Shown one piece after another: positions 24,686 to 32,000 of a DNA stretch of 32,000 nucleotides. This DNA is from Candidatus Saccharimonas aalborgensis. GTDB lineage: Bacteria; Patescibacteriota; Saccharimonadia; Saccharimonadales; Saccharimonadaceae. Position 1 is the first letter of the stretch; each line of letters opens with the position of its first letter. The stretch is from NCBI RefSeq assembly GCF_000392435.1, contig NC_021219.1:30001-62000 (forward strand). Reading direction: 5' to 3'. The translations under genes were made by a program, and so were the position numbers. The notes beneath the pieces are model-generated. The model had not been told where the DNA came from and did no database searches. It was given only the letters and a program-made list of their open reading frames with translations.

Positions 24686-27131
24686 GCGTGAGATTCCCCT
24701 TTTCTACTCGTGCTTCTAGTATAGCGCCTTTTTGATAAATCCCGGAAATGATTCCCTCAGCAATGGCGTGCTCAAGCTCATCCTCGATAGCGCGTCGCAA
24801 GGGGCGAGCACCAAATGTCTTACTGTAGCCCTTGTCGATAAGGTGACGTTTTGCAACCGGACTTACTACCAGGCCAATTCCTTGACGAACCAATCGTTCT
24901 TGCAATTCTGAAATGAGGAGGTCAAATATCTTTCCTACTTCCTGACGAGTGAGGGCGCGAAATGTTACTATCCCATCAAGACGATTGATAAGCTCAGGCC
25001 TCATGAATTTTTCTAACTCATGTTGTGCGGCACGGACATTGCGGAGATGAAGCTGGTCAAGCGCCTGCTGTTCTTTTCTTGTAGTATTGTGAAACCCAAG
25101 TGCCGTTTCTCGTGTCATTGCATCAGCACCGAGATTGCTTGTCAAAATGATGATAGTGTTACGAAAACTGACACTGCGACCAGCAGCATCTGTCAATTGT
25201 CCATCCTCAAGCAGTTGCAAGAGGAGCTGAAACACATCAGGATGCGCTTTTTCGATTTCATCAAAGAGTACGACACTATAGGGTTGGCGACGGATTTTGT
25301 CAGTTAACTTACCACCATCTTCGTAACCAACGTACCCAGCAGGGGCACCGATCAGACGACTCGTCGTATGCTTCTCGCCAAACTCACTCATATCAATCTT
25401 GATCAGCGCTTCCTCACTCCCAAACACCTCACGTGCTAGTACCCGTGCAAGTTCCGTTTTGCCGACACCCGTTGGTCCCATAAATACAAAGCTGCCGATC
25501 GGGCGCTTTTGACTCGACACGCCGCTGCGACTTCGTCGGATCGCTCGCGCTACTTTCGTCACGGCATCTTTTTGACCGATAATATACTTGCCCAGATGAG
25601 ATTCGAGCTGCTTAAGGAGACGCGCCTCACTCGTCTGTACTTTCTCGACAGGGATATTGGTCATGACCGCGATGGCATGTGCAATATTTTGCTCGGTAAG
25701 AACAATGGGGTTCTTTGCTTCCTGTGCTTCGCGGACCGCTTCTAGCTGCTCGGTGATCTGGCTAATTCGCTGCTTATAGAGGGCAGCACGCTCATAATCC
25801 TCCCGAACAACTGCTTCTTCCATTTTCTCGTTCAGGCCCTTTAGTTCCTTTAGATATTCACGCTGTTTACTTGGTTTGTGGCCCTGCTTCACCCTGATAA
25901 GTGCAGCTGCCTCATCAATGACATCGATGGCTTTGTCGGGCATGAAACGATCGGCAACGTAGCGATCCGCCATATAGACCGCCGACTCAAGTGCTTGATC
26001 GCTCATGCTGACGCCGTGGTGTTTCTCGTAGTAGCCCTTGAGACCCTTGAGAATAGCAAGTGTTTCACCTAACGTCGGTTCCTTGACGACAATGGTCTGA
26101 AAACGCCGCTCAAGTGCCGTATCTTTTTCGATATGTTTGCGGTATTCATCGAGCGTGGTTGCGCCAATCATATGCAGCTCGCCGCGCGCAAGCGCTGGTT
26201 TCAAGATATTGGCTGCGTCCATGGCACCCTCGGCAGCTCCCGCACCGACAAGCAAGTGCAACTCGTCAATAAAGACGATGACGTTGCCTTGTTTCTTGAT
26301 TTCGGTAACAACTTTTTTAAGGCGATCTTCGAACTCACCTCGATACTTCGTGCCGGCAATCATACCAGCCATATCAAGCTGAATGACGCGTTTGTCGAGC
26401 AAGTGGTCCGGGACATCCTCGGCGACAATGCGCTGTGCCAGCCCCTCTACGATTGCCGTCTTACCGACACCGGGCTCACCAATCAACACGGGATTGTTTT
26501 TTGTGCGTCGGCTGAGAATGGTGACAAGTCGTTCTACTTCTTTGGCACGACCGATCATGGCATCAAGCTCGCCTGCGAGTGCACTTGCTGTCAGATCAAT
26601 TCCAAAGGTTGCAAGAGCACCGCCCCGAATTGGTTTGACGCCATTTTTTGCTGTCGTTTCCTCACTTACCCCTGGCATTTCCGAAAAATGAGCCTCCAGG
26701 CCATCGATCAATTCATCGACGTCTACTTCCATATCGCGAAGCAGGACTGTTGCCCGTGCGTTATCTTGTTTGAGCAGACTATAGAGAATATGCTCAGTTC
26801 CGAGGTGATCATGGTTATGATCCTTGGCAACCTCCCAGCCCATTTTGAGTGTCAGCAGCGCCGTCTCGGATAGTCCAACAGCGCCCGTCCGTACTACCAC
26901 ATGCTGAGGGGTGATATTGAGCAAATCTTCGGCACGTTGAAGGGTCACGCCAACGTCTGCTAGCACCTTAGCGCCCGTGCTACTCCCCTGTGCCAGAACT
27001 CCTAGTAAAAGATGCTCCGTGCCTATATAGGCGTTCCCGCTTCCCCGAGCAATCGCATCAGCGTGCTGAACACTCAACTTGGCGTTGTCGGTAAGGTGTG
27101 AAATAAAATCGGCAAAATCATCTGGTAGCAT
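24666..27131 (-). CDS. clpC: Clp protease ATP-binding subunit ClpC
   Basis: Clp_N repeats, [33 protein letters not shown]; UVR region [26 protein letters not shown]. Start MLPDDFADF at 27131. Confidence 0.95.
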   Translation of the reverse strand: MLPDDFADFISHLTDNAKLSVQHADAIARGSGNAYIGTEHLLLGVLAQGSSTGAKVLADVGVTLQRAEDLLNITPQHVVVRTGAVGLSETALLTLKMGWEVAKDHNHDHLGTEHILYSLLKQDNARATVLLRDMEVDVDELIDGLEAHFSEMPGVSEETTAKNGVKPIRGGALATFGIDLTASALAGELDAMIGRAKEVERLVTILSRRTKNNPVLIGEPGVGKTAIVEGLAQRIVAEDVPDHLLDKRVIQLDMAGMIAGTKYRGEFEDRLKKVVTEIKKQGNVIVFIDELHLLVGAGAAEGAMDAANILKPALARGELHMIGATTLDEYRKHIEKDTALERRFQTIVVKEPTLGETLAILKGLKGYYEKHHGVSMSDQALESAVYMADRYVADRFMPDKAIDVIDEAAALIRVKQGHKPSKQREYLKELKGLNEKMEEAVVREDYERAALYKQRISQITEQLEAVREAQEAKNPIVLTEQNIAHAIAVMTNIPVEKVQTSEARLLKQLESHLGKYIIGQKDAVTKVARAIRRSRSGVSSQKRPIGSFVFMGPTGVGKTELARVLAREVFGSEEALIKIDMSEFGEKHTTSRLIGAPAGYVGYEDGGKLTDKIRRQPYSVVLFDEIEKAHPDVFQLLLQLLEDGQLTDAAGRSVSFRNTIIILTSNLGADAMTRETALGFHNTTRKEQQALDQLHLRNVRAAQHELEKFMRPELINRLDGIVTFRALTRQEVGKIFDLLISELQERLVRQGIGLVVSPVAKRHLIDKGYSKTFGARPLRRAIEDELEHAIAEGIISGIYQKGAILEARVEKGNLTLEQRTE

Positions 27132-27209
27132 CGTTTTGTTCCTCCATACGGGGAGATTCCCACGTGGCCCAATTATAAAGCACCTATTGGCACTCGTCAA
27201 GTGAGAGTG

Positions 27210-27428
27210 CTAATTTACCGATCTTAGTATTGTATCTCCGTCATCGAGTTCGTCAACATCACCGCCAGACTGAGCTATTTCCTCAAGTGCTCGCGCTCTT
27301 GAGGCAAGCCAGCCTCTGGTGATTGCTCTTCGAACTTCTTTCGGTATTTCAGGCAATGGTAATGCAGTATCATCGGCACGCCATGCAGCCAATCCTTCGT
27401 GTGCAAAAACAGGTTTATGGCCTTTCAT
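27210..27428 (-). CDS. Small hypothetical protein (72 aa)
   Basis: Directly abuts the nusA stop in the same operon direction. Confidence 0.65.
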   Translation of the reverse strand: MKGHKPVFAHEGLAAWRADDTALPLPEIPKEVRRAITRGWLASRARALEEIAQSGGDVDELDDGDTILRSVN

Positions 27429-28547
27429 CTATTCACCCTGCTCTTCGATAGCAGCAAAGAGACCATCCTCAATGTTCTTCTTTGGTTTCTTTTCGGCAGG
27501 TTTGGCAGTCGCCGTTTCGATGTCAAGTTCAAAGCCGGTTAGGCGAGCAGCCAGACGAACGTTTTGACCACCGCGGCCAATGGCGATGCTTTGTTGATCC
27601 TCGGTCACAAATACCTTAGCCCGCTTTGTTTCCTTGTCAATCTCAACCTTTACCACCTCGGCAGGACTGAGGGCATTGCGGATGTACGTATCGATATTTT
27701 CGTCATAGGTCACGATATCGATTTTTTCCTGGTCGCCAATCTCATTCATGACAGCATTGACGCGCGTTCCGTGACCACCGACAAAGGTACCGACTGGATC
27801 GACTCCTGGAACCGTGCTCATAACTGCTAGTTTGGTGCGGCGTCCCGCTTCGCGAGCAATGCCCTTGATCTCTACTGCGCCGGTCTCCATCTCGGGAACT
27901 TCCTGACGAAATAGGTATTCGATAAAGGCTTCGTTGCCGCGGCTCAAAATGAGCTGTGGACCTCTGGTGTCGCGTTCGATATCCTTGATGAATACTTTGA
28001 GTCGGCTTCCAACTGAGTAGAACTCGCCCTGAATCTGCTCACTCTGCGGGATAATGCCCGTTGCTTTGCCAAGCTCAATCCGTACGACACGTGGCTCAAC
28101 TCGCTGTACGACACCGGTGACAACCGTACCGATCTTGTCTTCATACTCCGCTAGTACCACCTCGCGCTCTGCTTCTCGCAGACGCTGCAACACCACTTGC
28201 TTCGCCGTCTGAGCAGCCACACGTCCAAATGATATCACCTCGTGCTTTTCCTCGAGTATATCCTCGAGTTTAGCGTCTTTTTTGAGCTTTTTGGCCTCGG
28301 CAAGGCTGACTTCGATAGCAGGGTTGATAGCTTCTTCGACAACTTCGCGCTGGACATAAACAGTCGCCGTACCGTCGTTGATATTGAGCTCAGCGCGAAC
28401 TTCTTGCTCACGCTCACCATTATCACGGCGCCACGCGGCCGCAATTGCTTGTTCGATTATCTCGAGCACTGTTTCTTCGGGCAGATTTTTTTCTTCGGCA
28501 ATTGTCCGGACGGCAAGCGTCAGTTGTTTGATATTGAGATCTTCCAT
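27429..28547 (-). CDS. nusA: Transcription termination/antitermination protein NusA
   Basis: AIAAAWRRDN, VVQRVEPRVVRIELGKATGIIPQSEQ (S1), RGPQLILSRG, ARRAGRRTKLAVMS, GGHGTRVNAV, IAIGRGGQNVRLAARLTG (KH). Confidence 0.95.
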   Translation of the reverse strand: MEDLNIKQLTLAVRTIAEEKNLPEETVLEIIEQAIAAAWRRDNGEREQEVRAELNINDGTATVYVQREVVEEAINPAIEVSLAEAKKLKKDAKLEDILEEKHEVISFGRVAAQTAKQVVLQRLREAEREVVLAEYEDKIGTVVTGVVQRVEPRVVRIELGKATGIIPQSEQIQGEFYSVGSRLKVFIKDIERDTRGPQLILSRGNEAFIEYLFRQEVPEMETGAVEIKGIAREAGRRTKLAVMSTVPGVDPVGTFVGGHGTRVNAVMNEIGDQEKIDIVTYDENIDTYIRNALSPAEVVKVEIDKETKRAKVFVTEDQQSIAIGRGGQNVRLAARLTGFELDIETATAKPAEKKPKKNIEDGLFAAIEEQGE

Positions 28548-28672
28548 TACATCCTTTCCTGGGAGAGTGTGTTCTCCCTGATCATAAGGGATCATTAGTA
28601 TTTCTTACGAAAAACTCCGACCTGCCGGCCGGATGAGTACGTTTTTCATATTAGCACACTAGGTTAAGAAAG

Positions 28673-29344
28673 TCAAGAACCGCGTTCGAGCAGCTCTAGT
28701 GCGCTCCAAACAAACGGGTGAGCACCCCTTCCTTTTCCCCTTAGGCACGGCTGGTCAATTAAGGTATAGTTTCCATCTTCATCAATAAACACATTACCGC
28801 CAAGGTTGTTTCCCCTTCGTAAGTCATTGACGAGTGTGCGCGAAACATACCTGCCGAGTTCTCTATCGAGCCTTGTTTCTACCGTATCGACGTGGGCATG
28901 AAGTGTCCGCATGGTTTCCGTATAATCAGCCTGGAAATCTCTTAAAGCTCCTCGCAACGATTCACCTGGAGCCATCTCAATTACCGAGACACCACGTTGA
29001 CCACCATCGGTGACAACAATAGGATGGCGGACCGCACTCACCCCCTCTGTGCTTTTTGATAAACGCTCGTAAAGGCCGTTCATGACCCGCTGCTGTATAA
29101 CCGCGTCGGCAGCAGACGGATGATACTTGATCACGAGACCAGTGGCACTATCGCGGACAACAAAGAGGTTCGGGTTGTAGCGCGAAACATGCGTGCTGAG
29201 TCGATCATCGCCATAACGTCTGCGCACCGCCACCACACTGCCTGTTACATAAGCAAGTTCAGCGATTTCTCTAGCTTCAGCAATAGCACCTGGATCTATG
29301 TCGGGTGTCAGGTATGAGCTGTCTATTACTTCCATTTTTTTCAT
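28673..29344 (-). CDS. Small protein-kinase/aminoglycoside-phosphotransferase-like protein
   Basis: LRRGNNLGGNVFIDEDGNYTLIDQP resembles the catalytic HxDxxxxN...xDxx region; start at ATG 29344. Confidence 0.5.
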   Translation of the reverse strand: MKKMEVIDSSYLTPDIDPGAIAEAREIAELAYVTGSVVAVRRRYGDDRLSTHVSRYNPNLFVVRDSATGLVIKYHPSAADAVIQQRVMNGLYERLSKSTEGVSAVRHPIVVTDGGQRGVSVIEMAPGESLRGALRDFQADYTETMRTLHAHVDTVETRLDRELGRYVSRTLVNDLRRGNNLGGNVFIDEDGNYTLIDQPCLRGKGRGAHPFVWSALELLERGS

Positions 29345-29418
29345 AGCTATAGAGCATCTTTCTAGCAGAATCGCCCGCCCCCGGGAGGGAGCGGAACGAC
29401 CTGCTGGCCGAGCTCTCT

Positions 29419-29673
29419 CTAGGAGCGGGCATGAGGTGTCGGTTTGACCGGCACCACCTTGTAGACACTTGGGCGAGGCCCTTGGTTCAGAGAGAATGCG
29501 ACCAGTTCGGCTGCGCGCTGAGCCTGAGCGAAGGCTGAGCAGGCCGAGAATGACCCACGGGCGACCTCGACCCCCGTGGGAGCATCCGCTCCTACCTGAG
29601 TACGAAAACTGGTCACCGGCGGGTACTTCATGACGACGTGCGAGGTGCTGTCCGCACCTTCGAACTCCATCAC
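29419..29673 (-). CDS. Small hypothetical protein (84 aa)
   Basis: Start overlaps the upstream gene stop (ATGA); third gene of a minus-strand trio. Confidence 0.5.
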   Translation of the reverse strand: MMEFEGADSTSHVVMKYPPVTSFRTQVGADAPTGVEVARGSFSACSAFAQAQRAAELVAFSLNQGPRPSVYKVVPVKPTPHARS

Positions 29674-29891
29674 CTGTTTTCACCTCCTGTTGTCAGCAGT
29701 TCCTCGAGCCAGACGTCCTGCACCGGTATCACCTTTCGCTCAAAGAGCGAGAAGGTGCCAGCGAGCAGGCCGTAGAACGTGATACCCATCAGCGAACCGC
29801 CGATGAGTATAACCATCATGACGTAGCACAGGATGACCTCGAAACCGAGACCGGCTATCGCCACCGGCGCGTACCAGAGCGGGAAATCCAT
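29670..29891 (-). CDS. Small membrane protein (73 aa)
   Basis: WYAPVAIAGLGFEVILCYVMMVILIGGSLMGITFYGLLAG: two predicted TM segments. Confidence 0.6.
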   Translation of the reverse strand: MDFPLWYAPVAIAGLGFEVILCYVMMVILIGGSLMGITFYGLLAGTFSLFERKVIPVQDVWLEELLTTGGENR

Positions 29892-29892
29892 C

Positions 29893-30141
29893 TCAGTATT
29901 CCTGTGTCATTGCCCAGCTCAATGGAGCCTGAGCTCCTGGGAAGCTGACGAGCCGGATGATGTACTCAACTCCCGGCTCATCGACGTCTGGTTGATCGGC
30001 GATGAAGCCGACACAGGTCAGTTCGGCTGTCGTCGGTCCGTAGACCGACAAGCGAGCTCGGGCACACGCCGGAGAGTCCGGGGTGACCCGGAAAACCACA
30101 TACCAATTCTCCCAATGTCCTTCAGCCGCCACGCGTATCAC
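29893..30141 (-). CDS. Small hypothetical protein (82 aa, GTG start)
   Basis: Promoter and SD upstream, tightly linked to the downstream small ORFs. Confidence 0.55.
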   Translation of the reverse strand: MIRVAAEGHWENWYVVFRVTPDSPACARARLSVYGPTTAELTCVGFIADQPDVDEPGVEYIIRLVSFPGAQAPLSWAMTQEY

Positions 30142-30185
30142 CTCTTTCGTAGGATCGAACTATTGTGTGGGGTTGATCAATTTCT

Positions 30186-30214
30186 ATATTACAACTTTAT
30201 TGACTATTTATCAA
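30186..30214 (-). promoter_or_regulatory. Promoter TTGATA-N17-TAATAT
   Basis: Reverse complement of 30209-30214 is TTGATA and of 30186-30191 is TAATAT; 17-bp spacer. Confidence 0.7.
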
Positions 30215-30239
30215 GTTTACAAAAAAACCTGAATCTCAA

Positions 30240-30336
30240 CCCTCCTCCGACAGACAGTTGGCCCTGATGGGCCAAGGCCCGCCAAGAGCGAAGGCTGATT
30301 TAGTTAGCGGCGGGCCGGTTGTCTGGAGTGGGGAGA
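30240..30336 (+). repeat. Structured intergenic repeat, copy 2
   Basis: 30247-30286 matches 21254-21293 and 30304-30335 matches 21309-21340; the apical hairpin is retained with compatible changes (GCTGA-TTTAG-TTAGC). Confidence 0.8.
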
Positions 30337-30373
30337 GGATGGGTTTGTGTCTCTCGTGCTACACTGGTACGTG

Positions 30374-31402
30374 ATGCAACTCGCTGATTTTCATTATGAT
30401 ATTCCCGAAAAACTGATCGCGACCACGCCACCGACAGTACGCGGTGATGCGCGGCTGCTAGTTCTTGACCGCCAGAGCGGCACTGTTAGTGATCGACACT
30501 ACCCAGATATCGTCGACTACCTCGGGCTTGGCGACGTGCTTATCATCAATGACACCAAAGTCATCAAGGCTCGATTGATAACAACCAAACAAACCGGTGG
30601 CACACGCGAGCTTGTGCTTGTCGAGAAGCACGGTCGCAGTGACGACTGGCATACCCACAAGGTTATCTACCGACGCAAGTTAGCTGTTGGGGACAAACTC
30701 TCTGTCGGAGCCGATACGCTGACGGTGGAGGAACTACTTGATGGTGGCATGGCAATCATCAAAAGTGAGCGTGACCTGCTACAAATCGCCGAAGAACACG
30801 GCTCGGTGCCGCTGCCACCGTATATGCGGCGCGACGCAACGCCAGCAGATATCGAGCGATACCAGACGATATTTGCCCGTGAGCAGGGGTCGGTCGCCGC
30901 TCCGACGGCAAGTCTCAATATGACAGAGGAGACCCTCTCACGACTCCGCGACAAAGGCATTGTCGTCGTCTATGCAACGCTGCATGTCGGCCTCGGTACG
31001 TTTCTGCCTATTCGCGTCGAAGATGTTACCGATCATCATATGCATAAGGAGTATTTTGAGATTCCCGCAGTCACTGTAAGCGCGATACGTGATGCCAAGG
31101 CAAAGGGTAAGCGAGTTGTCGCCCTCGGCACGACTGTGACACGCACACTTGAGTATGCTCACGAAGCCATCCTGGCCGGGCCGCCTAGAGACCTCTCGGG
31201 CGAAGCAGATATCTTTATGTATCCTGGCTATAGCTTTAAGATTATCGACGGCCTGATCACGAACTTTCATATGCCAGATAGCACCGTCCTCATGCTGACC
31301 GCGGCCTTTGCAGGATGGGATAAGCTCAAGCCTGCCTATGAACACGCTATCGACAAAAGCTATCGGTTCTTTAGCTACGGCGACAGTATGTTGATCCTGT
31401 AG
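30374..31402 (+). CDS. queA: S-adenosylmethionine:tRNA ribosyltransferase-isomerase
   Basis: MQLADFHYDIPEKLIATTPP, DYLGLGDVLIINDTKVIKARL, HVGLGTFLPIRVEDVTDHHMHKEYFEI, NFHMPDSTVLMLTAAF. Confidence 0.97.
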   Translation: MQLADFHYDIPEKLIATTPPTVRGDARLLVLDRQSGTVSDRHYPDIVDYLGLGDVLIINDTKVIKARLITTKQTGGTRELVLVEKHGRSDDWHTHKVIYRRKLAVGDKLSVGADTLTVEELLDGGMAIIKSERDLLQIAEEHGSVPLPPYMRRDATPADIERYQTIFAREQGSVAAPTASLNMTEETLSRLRDKGIVVVYATLHVGLGTFLPIRVEDVTDHHMHKEYFEIPAVTVSAIRDAKAKGKRVVALGTTVTRTLEYAHEAILAGPPRDLSGEADIFMYPGYSFKIIDGLITNFHMPDSTVLMLTAAFAGWDKLKPAYEHAIDKSYRFFSYGDSMLIL

Positions 31403-31419
31403 CCCACAAAAAGCAAACT

Positions 31420-31467
31420 GCCCGCCCCCGAGGGAGCGAGCAGTCGCTACAACCTCGAGGGACGGGC
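31420..31467 (+). terminator. GC-rich hairpin between convergent queA and membrane-protein genes
   Basis: GCCCGcCCCCGAGG...CCTCGaGGGaCGGGC inverted repeat (one mismatch, one bulge). Confidence 0.7.
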
Positions 31468-31468
31468 G

Positions 31469-32000
31469 CTAAGAAACCGAAACTGATACTACCTTCCGCC
31501 TCATAATGATGGTGATCGCCATCAACACGTCGCAGAGAAGGAGATGCAATGGCGCCAAGTAGAGGAACCACTCTGGCGAACCAACGGCAACGACATTGAG
31601 TGCCGCGGCTACTGAGCCAAGCCCCCACATCATCAATGGCTCGGACGACGGATCGCGCCAGGTCTTGATGAGGCTGAGCGTGATACCGATGGTATCGGCA
31701 ACGAGGATGCAGACGAGCGCCATCAGCGCCGAGCTCATCGCGAACCACAGCGTGATACTGGTGAGCGCGATGACGAGCGCAAGTGAGTTTGGCCAGTCAA
31801 GTCCTCCCTCTCCCCGACCGCGCGTCAGCGACAGGCAAAATATCGTGAGGTTGACCACTACGAACCAGCCAAAGACAAACAGGCTGTCGCGTGAGCCAAG
31901 GGCGAACTGAGAGCCGAAGATCACGAGCGCGGTCATCAGGAAGATGAACCACGTATAGCGATGGGGCTGCGCTTGACGCCGCCAAATGGCTTTGACGTAG
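31469..32000 (-). CDS. Multi-TM membrane protein, 5' end beyond the window
   Basis: Frame stays open upstream of the tracked ATG: ...YVKAIWRRQAQPHRYTWFIFLMTALVIFGSQFALG...; several hydrophobic segments. Confidence 0.75.
   Translation of the reverse strand, partial: YVKAIWRRQAQPHRYTWFIFLMTALVIFGSQFALGSRDSLFVFGWFVVVNLTIFCLSLTRGRGEGGLDWPNSLALVIALTSITLWFAMSSALMALVCILVADTIGITLSLIKTWRDPSSEPLMMWGLGSVAAALNVVAVGSPEWFLYLAPLHLLLCDVLMAITIIMRRKVVSVSVS

Noticed and set aside
1-32000. CRISPR arrays, cas genes, prophage, transposase or integrase genes
   Set aside because: No regularly spaced repeats and no recognisable recombinase, transposase, capsid or Cas motifs in the ORF translations.

Overview
The window looks like a Candidatus Saccharibacteria/CPR-type chromosome segment. 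This assignment is inferred from gene content and order; no database was searched. Housekeeping genes recognised from the translations are hisS (partial), a SpoU/TrmH-type methyltransferase, tRNA-Leu(CAG), a prepilin, dCMP deaminase, an FAD-linked oxidase, tRNA-Leu(UAG), a CDP-alcohol phosphatidyltransferase-like gene, rsmD, recG, tyrS, a class A PBP, PIN/TRAM, radA, clpC, nusA and queA. The standout region is a compact plus-strand cassette at about 8.1-12.0 kb. It encodes (1) a 475-aa protein with two repeated E2/RWD-like halves around a coiled coil, the second half carrying a candidate catalytic Cys403, (2) an 81-aa beta-grasp/ubiquitin-like protein ending in ...ANG, (3) a JAB/JAMM protease with an intact HSH-x7-SPTD motif, and (4) a 227-aa ThiF/E1-type adenylating enzyme overlapping the JAB stop codon. 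Together these look like a complete, possibly undescribed, bacterial ubiquitin-like conjugation/deconjugation system. Other notable signals are a three-copy structured element tied to the two tRNA-Leu genes with covarying hairpins and tRNA-end duplications, a ~90-bp structured intergenic repeat in two copies bracketing a 9-kb all-minus block, small orphan-gene cassettes with duplicated hairpins, and seven near-consensus promoters (all with a 17-bp spacer) in front of the accessory/orphan genes.
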